Source: Rhina ancylostomus (Eukaryota). Taken from it: DNA of 64,000 nt. Below, piece by piece: positions 13,030-27,849 of this stretch. The stretch lies in the NCBI GenBank assembly GCA_030265395.1, contig JARFYF010000112.1:15700289-15764288 (forward strand). Direction: 5' to 3'. The notes beneath the pieces are model-generated. The model did not search any database. It was not told the DNA's origin and was given only the letters and a program-made list of their open reading frames with translations. Both the position numbers and the translations under genes were made by a program. Within the stretch, counting starts at the first letter, position 1. The number at the start of each line of letters is the position of its first letter.

Positions 13030-13460
13030 CCCATCACCAAGTCCTGTTCACCCAATACACCTATGCTAGCTGATATTAATTTGGCTAATTTTAAGGTCTC
13101 CTCCCCATTTTCAAGTCTCTTCAAAGTCTCATTCTTTCCTATCCACAACATCCTCCAACCTTATAATCCTCCATGATCTCCACACTCCTCCAATTAAGAA
13201 CTCTTGCAATTCCCTCATTTCCTTCACTCAACAACTTGTGCCTTCAGCCGTCAAGGCCACAAGCTCTGGAACTCCCTCCCTAAACCTTTCTGCTTCTCTA
13301 ATTGCAAGTCACTCCTAAAAGCTAACCTGTTAGCTAAGTTTTCAGTCATCTTCCCAAATATTTTTTTAAATGGCTTGCTGTCAAACTTTGCTTGGTAAAT
13401 GCTTCTGTGAGGTGCCTTAGAATGATTAACCATAAACATGTGAAATATTAATAAAAGTTG
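13030..13460 (+). mobile_element. L2-like LINE 3' end
   Basis: gccttcagccgtcaaggccacaagctctggaactccctccctaaacc…ctgtgaggtgccttag. Similar copies lie near 14720-14920 and 21400-21690. Confidence 0.6.
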
Positions 13461-13523
13461 GAGTTGCCCAAGGCAAGGTACCTCTTTATACAGCCTTCTT
13501 TTGGAGAACACATTCAAACTTAC

Positions 13524-13644
13524 GCTGGTCTGCATAGTTCTTAGACTTGAGCTCCAGTTGTCTACTCTGCAGCTCCAGAGATTCCACATGTGTCTGAAGT
13601 TCCTTCTTCTCCTGTTCCAGAGCATCCTCAAACTCGATAAATTT
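13524..13644 (-). CDS. MAPK8IP3: MAPK8IP3 (JIP3/JSAP1) coding exon 2, 121 nt (RH1/coiled-coil region)
   Basis: Minus strand reads gtgcttgtatag|AAATTT...GACCAGC|gtaagt and translates to [40 protein letters not shown]. This matches JIP3/JIP4; [11 protein letters not shown] is JIP3-type. Confidence 0.96.
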
Positions 13645-16600
13645 CTATACAAGCACACACACAAAAAATATGTGAATAAGAGAAGCTACATACAAATGGT
13701 TAAAGCCTTTGTTGCGCAAAATGGAATTTTATCCTCAGGTTACGTTGTTTAGTCCAAAAACAACACATTACAATTTCTTGAAGGGCATGTGTCAAATATT
13801 TAAAATAAGGAAAAACATTTTTAGAGAAAATTATAAATTAAAAACTGAATAACGCATGTTCTCATGGTAACTGCACTACCATTCATAAATAAAGGCCTAA
13901 GCCATCCAATTAAAATATTTCCGATTTATAACTATGATGGTGTTAGCACAATCCTTTTGTTTTTGAAAAGAGACAGCTATTACAGAAGGTCCACACATCT
14001 TCCAAAATGTCACAACATGCCTTAAATTAAGTTTAAAAAAAGTGGCATACAATTCAGAATTATATGTATATCCATTTCTATTTAAATTCTGAAATAATAG
14101 AAAGTTGGAGAAGGGCATGTTGGATGTACAGTTATTGTCAGAGTTTGTTCACAGGACAAATATACTCAATATATTTAATAGTTTAGTCACCAAAAGTATA
14201 TTAGCAAATATAAATCGGCACTTTAAACAATGCAATACATAAATGCATACCATAAAAACTGTTTATTATCCAAACCTTAAATAATTAATTATGCCTATCA
14301 TGCAATAAACCAATAGTTCTGATTGCTGCAACTTATGTATATCATTGACATTGATGTTATCCACATGAGAGACAAAATCTATATTTGTGTAAAATAAGTA
14401 TGATGTTAATAGAACATGCAACAGTGAGCCTAAGGGAGAAAACCAGGTCCAGTGGTTGCTGTATTGCACAGGCAGATTGAATCTCAGCTCATCATTCACA
14501 AGAGGCCCAGTGTCAATCAGACTTGTAAAGTGGCAAAAGTGAGTCTCTGTGGGTACTGAAAATTTGACATAAAACAATAAGTAAAATGTCGTCGCACACA
14601 GCAATACCGACAGAACCCAATTACTACTTCTTCAATTAGCATCCTGCCACTCTTCCTTTCTGAAAAGACTTTTAGGTAAAGACAAAGTTGATTTGTGATT
14701 CATTTCTGGCCTTTGACTTTGTGGTTTGCCATCTGCTGCCTTGATCTTGGGTTCTGAATTCCCTCCCTAAACCTCCGAGACCTTTTTAAGATACTGTTTA
14801 AAATCAATTTCATTACTTGTCCAATGAAGTTATTTTATAAGCTGGTGATTTATTTGATTATCAGAGCACCTTGGGTTTTTCACAAGTTAAAGACATTGCA
14901 TCAATACATGCTGTCATCTATGAAGCTCTGAAGATAGTCTGCCAGCAGCCACATGCTGGTTACTTCGACACAGAATTCAACTGCATCTACTTCAGCAATT
15001 TGTGCTTTGAGGAGAAAATTCATGCTTAAAATCTAATGGAGTGAATGTAACTTTGTTCAACTTTAATTTGTGCAATCGAAATATTCAAATTAATCATTAC
15101 AGCTTTCTTCAACCGTTCTATTTCTAAAGAGTAAGATCATTACTTTTAAGTGCATATCTTTCATTTTTAACCCCAAGGAATATTTATTTCATGCACGAGA
15201 TCAGCAGAGGACCATCATACATGACACTGCATTATTCTGTGATGCTTTAACGAAATCAGTTACAGACAATTCTAGTATTTCACAACTTCTTGCAACCAAT
15301 ACCAAAAGATGGTAATTCTCAATAATGCAACTGCATATGATGCAGTGTAAAACCATTTCAGAACAATTGGAACATCAGCAATGAGGTATTATTGGAGTCA
15401 GGCTGCCCCTTACTGCATCGCGTTTATATCAGAATATACTTCTGACCTTGTGATAGTCAATTAAATGGTCTAACAATTGATTGCACTCAAGACCCACTGC
15501 ATCAATCTTCCCTTCTATAGTACAGAAGGCTTTTACCACTGACATTACTCCTCCATAGCACATGTACCTATGCTCATTCAATAAAAACCTTCATTACTGA
15601 ATGCCTCATAAGTGCCCTGAAGATCAGATATTCCCATCATAAAAAGTTTATGACAAAAGATTAACACAATCTACTGTACACATCAAGTTAAATGAAGTTA
15701 CATTCACTCCCATGGACTTCAAACTCTGAGCTCTTTCCTCAATTCTTGCTGGGCTACACAAACAAATGAATACTTTGCCAAGTATTCTTTATGCACAACT
15801 GCAGAGAGTAGGTACTGGCAGGCTGCTTTGTTAGCATCACAGGAGACAACTGATATTTATACAGTATCTTTGAATGTTAATGCAGAGACCCTGTACTCTA
15901 CATAAAGAGCGGCCTCCAACTTGTACAAATCCTGCAGCTTTGGTCCCCAAATTCCTGAACAGCTTTGAAGAAATTGTTTGAAATATTGCTATAATCTTGA
16001 AAACACATTTGTTGCATTAGCTAGTAAAATTACATGGTTCATTGGAAACAAGGCTTTAAGATCATAGCATCAATCTTAGGTGAACTCTTATCCCATTCCC
16101 AAGTGGAGAAATGATACAGCATCACACTGTATAGATATAGATAGCCACAGAAGTTGCTCACTGTAATTTCCTGAACTGATAATTCTGCAATAATATTCAT
16201 TATTGCAAAGAAAGTATATTGTTTTAATGCTGGATCTGGTTATACATTAATAGCAATGACTATACTAACCTCTAAGCGCACTGTAAGCAATTTTTTCTTT
16301 TCATAGGGCAGCTGTGAAATATCTACTTTCAAATAAATGACCATTAAATCGAACTATAAAAGGTTGAGTGTGGATACTGTTACCATTAAATATTCATTCA
16401 ACTACCACAAAACCTTACACTGTGAGCATGATCTTTGCAGCCAAGACATACTGACAGAGGTGGCGACTCTGAAGTTTGAAATAATGTAAACATAAAAGAA
16501 TACTCCATCCTATTTACAATACATTAGGCCAGTTCTTAATGGAAAGACAGTGCATAAAATATGCACACCATTAATAACTTGAGTTGGTCAGCAGTACAGT

Positions 16601-17959
16601 AGATTTAGAGACAATAGGTTGCAAATCTCCACGACTGATACATCCATGCCCCACCACCATTTAAACAGTTTCTCCTTACCTGCCATCAACATAACATACA
16701 GATTAAATATATTTTGAAGAATACATTGAATCTGTGTATTATTTACAGATTAAACTCACCAACAGCTGTCAAACTGTCTGCCACAGAAAAGGAACAATTT
16801 AAACTGTGGAATCATTACTTTCAAAAACTGAATTGTGCTTAAAGATTTTAAAATGTTACATCTTTTTTCCTTCCTATCTTAAACCAATCCACCTTTCTCT
16901 CTATTTCATTTTGTCCATGATCTTACTCCAATTATCCTTCCTCTTGTTTCTTTTTAAATCTCTCTGGTTAAGCAGGTGCCTATTTTTCCTGCCATCCTCA
17001 TTGCCTTATTGTCATCATCTGCTCAGTTCCAGCAATTTTGTGGACAAAGAACTTACAAGCTGAAGGATGCAGCAGAAAGCCTAACTAATGTCCCAGGGTG
17101 CAAGAAAATTCCCACCAAAAATACAAAAAGTAACAAGGTGGCATGGAACCACAATAATAATTTGAGTATTTTGTTATCCCCAAGATAATGCAGACAGACC
17201 AAGAACAACTACAAGAGTGAAAGAAAATTCAGTTTCACTGGTATCTAAGGACATCATTATCTATTCCAACCTTGTGTAAAACTTGCTCCAGGCTGACGGC
17301 TTATATAAAGGACTTGAAAGTAAAGGACTTGCGGTGAGAAATTGCTATCTATTCCTTTAATCCATGCCCTTGTGCAATAACACACTCTTCTGCACAATTC
17401 TTTACAGCTGCAGCCCTGTATCACCTGCAGAACTGTGTATTACTCTCTATTCCTAAATGCACTAATTTACATCAAAGTCTAGGGGACGAGTTATGTTTTA
17501 GAATTACAGGGCCACCAAAATGACAAGAAAAAAAAAGAATGGAGGCCAAAAGAAAAATCAAACCAGCCATAATACTATTGAATACTAGAAAAGGTTCAAG
17601 GGGCATTATGGCATCCTCCAGCTCTGATTCTCTTACATTCTCTGATACTAATCTCTCTTATCCAGACTACTTCCTCACACCCCCAACAATGTTTACAAAC
17701 TTATTCAATGTGATTAATTAAATTATTTCATGGGCCTTAATTTTAGCTCCATCTTCTATGGAATGTTACAAAGTGCATTATATCACGCAATTTATTCCTC
17801 TCCATCCGAATGCTCTCTTTCGCAAAACCATGCGAGACCTTGCAAAGCAGAGAAAGAATCTGCATTCTTAAAACATCTTTCAAAACTTCATGGTTGTAAC
17901 ATTGACACCCAGAAAATGGACAATCAGAAGTGTTACACCGGTCATCGACAGAATCTTCA

Positions 17960-19960
17960 TTGACAAGCCCAATATTCATTGCCCAAACCCAAGTGACTTT
18001 GGGAAGGTAGTGGTGAGTCTTTTTTCTTGAACTACTGTAGTCATTCTGGTGAACAACAATGTCTTTGGGTATCAGGTTCCAAAATTTAACCCTCAGAAGA
18101 TGAACAAACATCAATACATTAAGGTCAAGATGGTGTGCAATTTTGAAGAGAAAGTGCAAGCGATGATGTTCCATGTACCTGCTGTCCTTATCCTTCTCAG
18201 TGGAAGTTTGTGGGTTTGGAAGGTGCTGTTGGAGTAGCCTGGGAGAGTAACTGCGATGCATTTTGTAAATAGTACACAATGCAGCCATGGTGTGCTGATA
18301 GACGGAATGGATGTTTAGGTGGTATAAGGTGCCAGTGAAGCCGGCTGATTTGTCCTAGTTGGTGGCCAGCTTCACAATATCATAGGAGGTGTACTCATCC
18401 AGGCAAACAAAGAGGATTCCATCACAGTTCTGCGCTGTGCCTTGTAGATGGCAAAAAAGCTCAGGAGGATACCCAGCCTCTGACCTGATGTTGTTGCCAC
18501 AATATTTATGTGGTTGGTCCAGTCAACTTGTCAAAAGGTGACACTCCAGAAGGTTGATAGCAAGGGACTGAGCAATGGTAGTGCTATTGAACATCAACAG
18601 CAGAAAACAAAGCTGCAAAAAGTCAGGAAAACTTGGAAAAGGTCACTATCCAGTACTTGTGCAGGCTAACTTTTACTTGCCACGAAGAAGTCAATACCTG
18701 AATCTTGTAGCATGAGATCGTGGACTGCTTTAGTTTCCAACGAGCTGCAAAAGGAATTGAGCATAATATAGTCATCAATGAACAATTGTACTTTTGACAT
18801 GACAAAAAGGACTCTTATGAAGAGCTGAAGATGGCTGGGCCCAGGACACAGTGACCTTATGAACTCCTGCAACTATGTCCTGGGGATGGGATGATTGGCC
18901 TCCAATAGACAACCATCTTCCTTTGTTTGAGGTACGAGTCCAACCATAGAAGCTACTCCCTTAGACATGCACTGAAGTCAGCTTTACCAAGTCTCCTTCA
19001 AGGCAAACTTAGTCAAATGCAACCTTGGTATTAAGGACGGCACTCTCAACATCCCTGGAATTCAGCTCTTTCTTCTGTGTTTGTACCAAGGCTAGAATGA
19101 GATCGAGAGCCAAGTGACTCCAGAAAAACCCTAATTGAGCACTGATGAGTAAGGTAATGGTGAGCAAGTACCAAATGATAGCACCACTGACAACATTTTT
19201 CATTACTTTGCTAATGACAAAAGGTTTNNNNNNNNNNNNNNNNNNNNNNNNNNATAATTATCTGGACTGGATTTGTCATGCTTTCCACGGTAACACTTAC
19301 CTGCACAACATTCTAGCTGGAAGAGCTTGGCTAGAAACACAGCTAATTCAAAAGTTCAGGATTTCTTTCAGGTCCCATGACCTTTGCTGTATCCAGTGCT
19401 CTTAGCCCTTGCTTTATATGAAGTGGAGTGTATGAAACTAGCAAAAGACTGGCCTTTTATTGATGGGGATCTCAGGGAAAAGCTAAGATAGATCATCCCC
19501 TTAACACTTCTGGTCAAACACTGTCACAAAACTTCCAGCTTTGTCTTTCATTTTCACATGAGGGGCCCAGCCATTGTTGAAGATGGATACGTACTTGGAG
19601 CCACTTTCTCTTCAGCTGCCACCACTCACAAGAAGATGCAGCAGACCGCAGAGCTTTAATTGGATTGTTGCTGTTGGAATCCCTTAGCTCAGTCTATTTC
19701 ATGTCACTTCTGTTGTTTAGCATCCATGTAGTTCCAGTGTGCGGCCTTGTTTGTTGATAGTGATCTGTGTTGCTCCCAGTCTTTCTGCACTTATCTAAAC
19801 GTGGGACAGAATCCTAGTGGCAGTGTGTGGATACACCAGGTCATATTTCACAGGTTACAATGGAATACAGTTCTGCTGCTGCAGATGGTTCACAGCAGCT
19901 CTTGGATGCAGAGTTTAGAGCATCCATTTGGTATCTGGTTAAATCACAAAAATAACATGT
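17960..19960 (-). mobile_element. Decayed non-LTR retrotransposon (CR1/L2-group RT)
   Basis: RT remnants AQLGF, LNTKVAFD, VQLFIDD and CTIYKMH…PRLLQQHLPNP. The same family occurs at about 22090-22300 and 38820-39950. Confidence 0.75.
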
Positions 19961-20989
19961 TGAGTTGTCCAAAGAGCAAACACTTTGGTAAAATCTATTG
20001 TACATCCCACTGTGAACTTTCCTAGGTAATAGTCCAAAGCTCAGAGGCTGTGAAATAACGCCAAGAAACTTGCAGAATGTGAAGGAATGGATCCTCTCCC
20101 CAGCCCCACAACAGTACAAGAACAATTTCTCCTGCTCCACTCAGGAAGTAGTTGAATTTATGTAATACTGGAAAAGTTAAACTCTACTGTTAAATATAAA
20201 TGAAATTAATATTTTTTTTCAGGATATCTTTTAAAGACAGTGCATTGAAACAACTCAAAATTTGTTTCAGGACTTGACACAGAACAACTATACTGGACTC
20301 ATTAATGTGAGCAAACCACTTTTTCCAGGAAGAAATTAATATTTCATGTTGTATAATGTCACACTTCAACACTAAAACCAACCCTTCTGCTCTGTAATAG
20401 CAATCCCTTTAACTCTCAGAAGGCCATTACATCATTACACAGAGCAGCACTTCTAACATGGATCCTAAATGCAGACACAGAAAATGAAGGTGTGTTCAGC
20501 TGCCATTTTCTTAAACAACCAGCAAAACCAGGGGTCTTTGTCTGCTGTTACTCTTAATCCCTGTTATATTCACACTGAATAAACTCCCAGGACACCCTCT
20601 GCTGGGAATGCTGACTAACTGTCACCCGGAAAAGACAAGTGACGCAAGGTAAAACAGTTCAGCAGTTCGGTTTCATCAAGATGCAGTCTCCTTTGTTCCC
20701 AGAACACAAGCGTCCTTCTCTGTGGGTCAGTCTGATGAATTTCAGGGATTTTCTTTACAATCTCTGCAAGGTATTTAAGATAGCAAGAGCATGTATTACA
20801 CAAAAACGACCCAGAAGTTTCATGTTTTCTTTTCTGAAGTGTAAATATATGCCGTAAACAAACACACCAATGAGTATGAAAGGCTTTTGGCTCACCAGGA
20901 TATCTGTGCAGGATTGAGCTAATCTCCAGTATTCAGGCAACCTAAAGCATCAGACTAAATCGTAACCAAGAACTGACGAGGAAAGAGGC

Positions 20990-21082
20990 CCTTTTAGGAA
21001 ACAAGATTAGATTATTCGGCACAGCTTTGTGGGCCGAAGGGCCTGAATTGCACCATAGTTTTTCTATGTTCTATTTTTTCTA
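20990..21082 (+). mobile_element. Short 5'-truncated tail of a young CR1 family
   Basis: ttcggcacagctttgtgggccgaagggcctgaattg is the exact reverse complement of sequence at about 49165-49200. Confidence 0.8.
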
Positions 21083-24000
21083 TTAGGTGGAAAGGAAGAG
21101 CTACAGACAAACCTTAGTGGTGTTTGGGGAGTTAGAAAATGTTCAATATTCACTCACTACTTTTGTCTCTTGCAATATACTTGCCTTAAATTTAGGAACA
21201 CTAAACGCAAATATTAAGATTCACTCAAATCTGCAAGGTCAGTACACACCATAAATTATGCAATGTTTCTAAAATAAGAAATGTACAAAAGTCAAACACA
21301 TTATATAATCAAGATCAAAAATTGCATCAGAGACTCTGTATTTACCTCTCGACTCTGCTATTCCAATATTCTCCTGGTTAGACTTATTTGGCATCAGCCC
21401 TTTTTAAACTCTAATCCTTTCCATCACTACTCATCAAGGATCTCTTCATTCCTCTGGTTCTGAGCCTTGCACATTCCTGGTTTTCACTATTCCAGCATTC
21501 AGCCACTGAGCTATAAACTCTGGAATTATCTTACTAAATCACTCTGTTCATCCTCTTGCACCCAGACCTCCTTCAGATTCAACAATGGAGCTGCTGCTAA
21601 CTCACTTGTTTGATAATATTCCTGTGAAGCACCTTAGACATTTTACTATATTACAGGTATCATATAACTGCAAGCTGTTGCTGTTTTAAAATAATGTATA
21701 GGTGCTAATCCTATTTTAAAAAGACCTGAGCTCACAAATACTAGTTACAACCAGTCAATATTATGATGGAATTTACTGCCATTGTTATATTTAAAGTCAA
21801 ATCAATATGCTAAGTCATTGCTACTTTCTTCTGACAAATACCAATGATTCACAGGAGTGAAAGTAAATAAAAATGCAAATGCATAGCTTACACATGATAA
21901 ATGCCTAGTCTGTATATAGATCAAAGGCAGGTTAGTCCGAGACACAATGCATTATATCTACGCAGAAAACTGGCATCAAGTTTATGATCCTATATCTGAT
22001 GATGAATGAATAGCAAGACGTTTCCATATCAAGATGGAGACACAAGAGATGCAGATGTTGGAATCTGGCGCCACTGTGCTACTTGAAGAACCTGTACGTG
22101 ATGACATTCCCAAATGTCCGTTGGCGTTGACCTCCTAAGTTGGAGAGCTCATTAGGTTGGGAAGTGCTTTTGCAAAAGCTTTGGGGAACTGAAGTAACAT
22201 ATTTCAGGGATATTACAGGGAGTAATGGTACTCCCTGTAGCCATAACCACACTTATGTGGAGAAAGTGAACATTTAGGATGGGGGATCAAGTGCCAATCA
22301 ACTGAATGCTACAATGCCTTAGAAAGTCCCATCTATAATACTTTGGGATATCCCTACTTTTAGAGTGGTGCAGCTCTCTCTAATAGTGAAACAAATTGGA
22401 TGGAGTGCTGCTGGCATTAATCACATTCGACTTTTCACAACCTGAGTATAGTTCAGCCAAGAGTGCATCTGCTTTTACTCTCATTGGCCATTGCCCTTCA
22501 ATTGAGGATATGTTTAAATTCACTATTTTTCCTCCCAGAATATCAATGTTCTAAATGGTCACACAGTTGAAACGTATGCTATTGATAAGATTTTCAGACA
22601 CACAGACCATGTATACAGTTTAAAACTTGCTGATTATCTTACAAAGAAAAAGATTCTGCAAATCCCCTTCCATTCTGTAACTTACCAGGATTCCTGTTCA
22701 AGTTATCAGAGTACAATGAGCCTTTTTCAGTGATATGTTGATGCCAAGTTCAATACATTCTTCAAAGAGCACACTTCTGGACCATTAAACAAATTCTACA
22801 CATTTCAAACTTCAAGGTATCATTGATTGTACCTTGATCTGGATGTACCTGTAATTTTGACTAACAAGAAATCTACTTTTACATCTGTTTTTAATGTCAG
22901 AATCAAATGAGCTTCAAACATGGTAACCAATCAAGAGCACTGAGGCAGCCTCTCAGCTGTCAGTTACAGTTGGCATCCTCACATGTACTTCCAACAGGCC
23001 TCCTGGGAAACTGATCTGCAATGCCCCCATCTCAGAGTTTCAGAAAAAAAACAATTAACCATTCAGGCACAAATATTTATTGGTGTGACACAGAGCAAAA
23101 TCTGATTTCATTTCTTCCGACTTGAGAAATGGCATGGATAATTATTGCCTATATTCTCTTGTTTATCACCTCTTTTCTCTTCAGTTTCTCCTCACTTTGA
23201 TTTAAAGTGAAGTTCCCCAAATTTGTTTTACAGGTAATTATTGTATTTTCTTACAGCACTTGCTGCCTCAGACATTTCTGTAAAGGCCATCCTACAATGC
23301 TGGCAGAAGGCAGCACAGGAATGATATAAAGCTTCCAAAATCTATTTATTGATTGCTTCTTCCCCCATTATTTCTGTATTTCAGATAGTTAATTTTAAAT
23401 TAAACACACAACTGAAAGCTCTGATGATTAATGCATTTATGACCAGTGGATTACAAGACTCAGGTTTGTAGCTATGGTTACCTGGAGGAACAGTGTCTAA
23501 GCTTTAACTTCCTATTAGTGGAATTTCTTTGACCACGGAAATTAGAGGGAGATGAACAGACTGGAACCATCCATTTTGTTAGTGCAATTTTATTTCTTAA
23601 AAGGGTTTCTTACCATTTCAGTTCAATTTTGTCCCACATCGCTGAGCAATCGGAACAGCAGAATGAAAGAGAAAACATTTGCATTTCTATAGCACCTTTC
23701 ATCCTGTGAAGGCTGTCCCAAAGCTCTTTATAGCCAATTAATTATGTGTAGCTGTTATTGTAATATAGCAAATAATAAAGATTGCTATTTTTATGGTCTT
23801 GTGTAATTTTGTCCATACATGATACATCATGTCACTCAATAGACATTAACGTTTTGCACTCACTAACCATTATAACTTGTGACTAGACATTTCAATCGCG
23901 ATCCCAAATGCTCTGGTATAACAATTTCTGATCCTAGATTCAATTCCAACATGGGTTTCAAAACTTAACACAGATCAAAATTTAACTCATGATAACATTT

Positions 24001-24236
24001 TAAACTCCTATTGATATTTAACTGTAGAAACTTCCTCAAAACAAACTGGAAAAATAATTCAAAAGAGGATGATAAATTTTGGAAAAAATGTTTCATTCAT
24101 GATTGAATGAATGTTTTGAATAAACACCGCAAATATTCTTTTAATCAGAATGTTTTACTTGCAATGAGTACTATTGCAGAAATTCTTGACAAGGAGGAGA
24201 AATACAAATCAGTAAAATCTGTTTCTAACTATCAAT

Positions 24237-24415
24237 TAAGATAAGATATCTTTATCATTCACATGTACATTGAAACACAGTGAAATGCATCTTTTGTGTG
24301 GAACACTCTGGGAGCGGCCTACAAGTGTCTCCACACTTCGGGCGCCAACATAGCATGCCCACAGCTTCCGAACCTGTATGTCTTTAGAATGTGGGAGGAA
24401 ACCCACACAGTCACG
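24237..24415 (-). mobile_element. tRNA-derived SINE 3' part (same family as 32655-32965)
   Basis: taagataagatatctttat…cacatgtacattgaaacacagtgaaatgcatc…gaatgtgggaggaaacc. Confidence 0.85.
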
Positions 24416-25039
24416 GCAGTCTGTGCCCCAATTCAGATACCATTCTGCATGCAAGCTGATCATCATAGGGTTATTAATGCTGGTTGCTAGGGTGACCATT
24501 TGATCTATGATGACGGTGTAGCAACTGACCATGACTCTGAGACAGTCTGTAAACGTTGTTAATCCATGACAGGTCTAACTTTAGGATGGATAAAGAAGCA
24601 ATTACCTACATTATCTGAGAATTATAAAATATAATTTTTCTAAAAAAAAAACACAAAAGATGAGTTTAGAAATTAATCACAACTTATCTCCTTTCCACTG
24701 GCCCAATACCCCTGTGCCACTAGCACAAATTCTACAATCAGTGGCAAACTAATGCTGCTCACTATCAACAATGATTTGGCAATCTCTGTGGCATAGATTG
24801 TCCCTTTCCTGGTTTCAGTTTTATTCTGGGATCAGGTCTTGGGAATCTCTGACATCCAGGAACAATGATGTCAACAAGCACTCTGAGCTATCAATCATTT
24901 TGAAGAATATTCTAACACATAAAAAGCTAATTTTCAAACCATCATTTTAAATATTTAAATATGTAGGGCACCTTTCTCAAATTTGGCTGCCTGAAGAAAT
25001 TCATCTTACATTTGTTTACATAATGGCACTCAAGCTATG

Positions 25040-26490
25040 ATTTAACCTGTGGATCCAAAACAGACCCAATCTCACTGCAGACTGTTTTCAAGCAAAACTG
25101 AACGATGCCTCAACACTTTTCTCAGTCTTTCTCACTGCAATGCTGCACCTAAAACAACCATCCCACTGGAATGTAGCTAATTTACATAGAAATGGAAAAG
25201 TTCAACATATATCACCTCCACTCCAGAAACAAAGTCACTCAATATCAGACATCAATCTAAAATGCAGAGAATGCTTCTGCACATGAAGAAGCTGAATACT
25301 AAGTCTCATTAACTCATTCACTGTGTGAACGTGTCTTACTCTGAACATCCACATAACAAAGGTCCTCAACCAACCTATCCCTGCTGTACATCACCGCTCT
25401 TTTGTCAATAACAGCCCTTGACAAGCCCCTAGAAAACATGAACTACTTTGCATCTCTTATGGCAGACATTAAAAATGATATTCACCATTGCTTTCAATGT
25501 GCAGAAAAAGCCTTTGGCCAAATGAGAACAGGGTTTGAAGACCAAGACCTCAAACCCAGTACAAAGCTCATGCTTTATGAAAAAGGAGGACGGACTAAGT
25601 TTACGTACACTGGAGTTTAGAAGAGCAAGAGGGGACTTGATTGAAGCATACAAGACCTGAGGGAAAGTGACAGGATGGATATGGAGATGTTGTTCCCTCT
25701 TGTGGGAGATGAGAGATCACCAGTTAAGACAGAAATGACGAGGAATTCTCTAAGGTGGTTGAATATCTTTGGAACCCTCCTCTTCAAAGAGTGGTGGTGA
25801 TGGAAGATAGACAGATGATGGGACTGTGAAGCTGAGGTTAGCAATGATCTTATTAAATGGAGGAGTAGACTTGAGTGGTCAAGTGGCCAACTCCTGCTCC
25901 CAATTCACATGACTACCTACAGCAAGCACCACAAAGCATGGAAAGGATACTGAAAGTGATACATCCACCAAATCCATTGGCAGGATAAGTGAACCAGTGG
26001 CATTAGCATCTCCTTGGGCAACATCTGCAGCACTGAGGGTCAAATTATATTCGGCCAGCTCCAATGGGTGCACTGTGTCATCTGTGTGCCCCACACTAGA
26101 CTCCCGCACCAACCACTCTTCTCCAAGCACCATCATGGCAAAGTTCATGGCAGAAAAAGGAAATGATTCAAGGATTCTCTCGAAGCCTCTGAAAAGAAGC
26201 ACAACATCCCTGTAGACTCATGGGAATCCCTGCTTCATGACTATTCAAAGCGGAGCAGTGGCCTTCAGGACAGCATTGAGAACCTCAAGTCCATTCATGA
26301 GGAGCACAAAGAAGGCCAGTGTAAATGCCAAAAGCAGCACACCACTTCCCAAAACTACCCACTCACCTGTCCTGTTAAGCACTTCCTGACCCACCTGCTG
26401 AAGAGTCCATGGGAACCACAATGATCTCATCAGACACCTCAGAACCCACAAAATGGAATGGAAACAAGTCATCCTCAATCTGCCTAAAAA
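25040..26490 (+). mobile_element. RTE/BovB-like LINE fragment interrupted by a CR1 3' fragment (about 25585-25910)
   Basis: ADIKNDIHHCFQCAEKAFGQMR…FEDQDLKPSTKLMLY, and later IHWQDK-type remnants. Confidence 0.75.
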
Positions 26491-27564
26491 GGATAACATG
26501 CAAAATACAGATGGGGACATGCACAAAATTAAAATAGAAACTACAATGTCACAAACAAACCTTAAAAATATTAATTTTAATTTAGAAGCCTAGGTCTAAG
26601 TGTACCCTCTACTGTACACATTAGTCACATGTATCCTTAACTCTTGACATTCAGTGAAACACGAGTGCCACTGTAACACATGTCTGATAAACTCAGAAGA
26701 TGAATACTTCAATAGAATTCCAAATTAATTATCAGAGGAGACACGAGACTGCAGATGCTGGAATCTGGAGCAAAAAACAAACTGCTAGAATAACTCAGCG
26801 GGGCAAGCAGCATCTGTGGAGGCAAAGGGATTATCTGAGATTTGCCAGCACAAACATTTTTATAACCAGTGGTTGTGGTTTAGAATGCAGTTAAAAACTC
26901 AGTTGCAGATCAATCAACACAGGTTTGATCTTTCCAGAGGACTTTATGTTTACAGTTTTGCCAGCAGTCACAAAAACCTCCCCAGTTCACAGCTTCTACT
27001 TGAATGGCCTGGAGAGGCATACAACAATGCACCCTGTGGAAAACAAAGAAANNNNNNNNNNCACTGACAGCAACTTCAGGACATTATGTTTAATTGTCCA
27101 TGTATGTGCTACAGACATTGCTAACAGTATTTTTTTAATCCAGTTGCAACATTGAGCACTAACAGCAGTGTTATTCCCACTGCAAATTCGGGGCAATATC
27201 CTCTCAAATATGACATGAAGAATACCAGATGAAGTACACAATTCGACATTTATACCATTTTGAAAATGTTAAGAACTTCGCATTTCAGATGACAATCTGG
27301 CTGTTTAATTCAAATTTCCATTTCACGTCTGTAAAGGTTTTAAGAGAAAAAAAAATGGCAGCAGCCAGTACGTGGAAACTCTGCCAGGGTACCAGAAGTT
27401 GCATTCAGATTATCTGATCTTTTTTAAACTGAACTTCAAGTTAACATACCAGATACTAGAAATTCTACTGCATGTTGTAAGTTTCTTTTACACACCAGAA
27501 GACAATATAGTCAAGGAAAGACAAATAATCTAAAACATCTGCAATGGTATTTTCTTTTAAATTT

Positions 27565-27762
27565 TATTTACAGCATGGTAACAGGCCCAACAAGTCTGCA
27601 CTGCCAATTTTAAACCCCAAATTCACCTACCCATACGTCTTTAGAATGTGGCAGGAAACCGGAGCACCTGGAGGAAACCCACACAGACACGGGAGGATGA
27701 ACAAACTCCTTACAGACTGTGACGGGAATCGAACCCCGATCGCTGGTGCTATAATAGCGTGG
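27565..27762 (-). mobile_element. tRNA-derived V-SINE
   Basis: gaatgtggcaggaaaccggagcacctggaggaaacccacacagacacggg…gggaatcgaacccc, including a B-box on the minus strand. Confidence 0.85.
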
Positions 27763-27849
27763 TATATTCTATTGGAATCTATTAATAAGGGTACATTCTA
27801 TTGAAATATGTTAATATTGAACTGGTAACAGTACACTCTGGGGAGAAAA

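Noticed and set aside
13251-13752. 137-aa and 83-aa ORFs in the ORF track
   Set aside because: They are off-frame or antisense shadows of JIP3 exon 2 extended into intron and repeat sequence.
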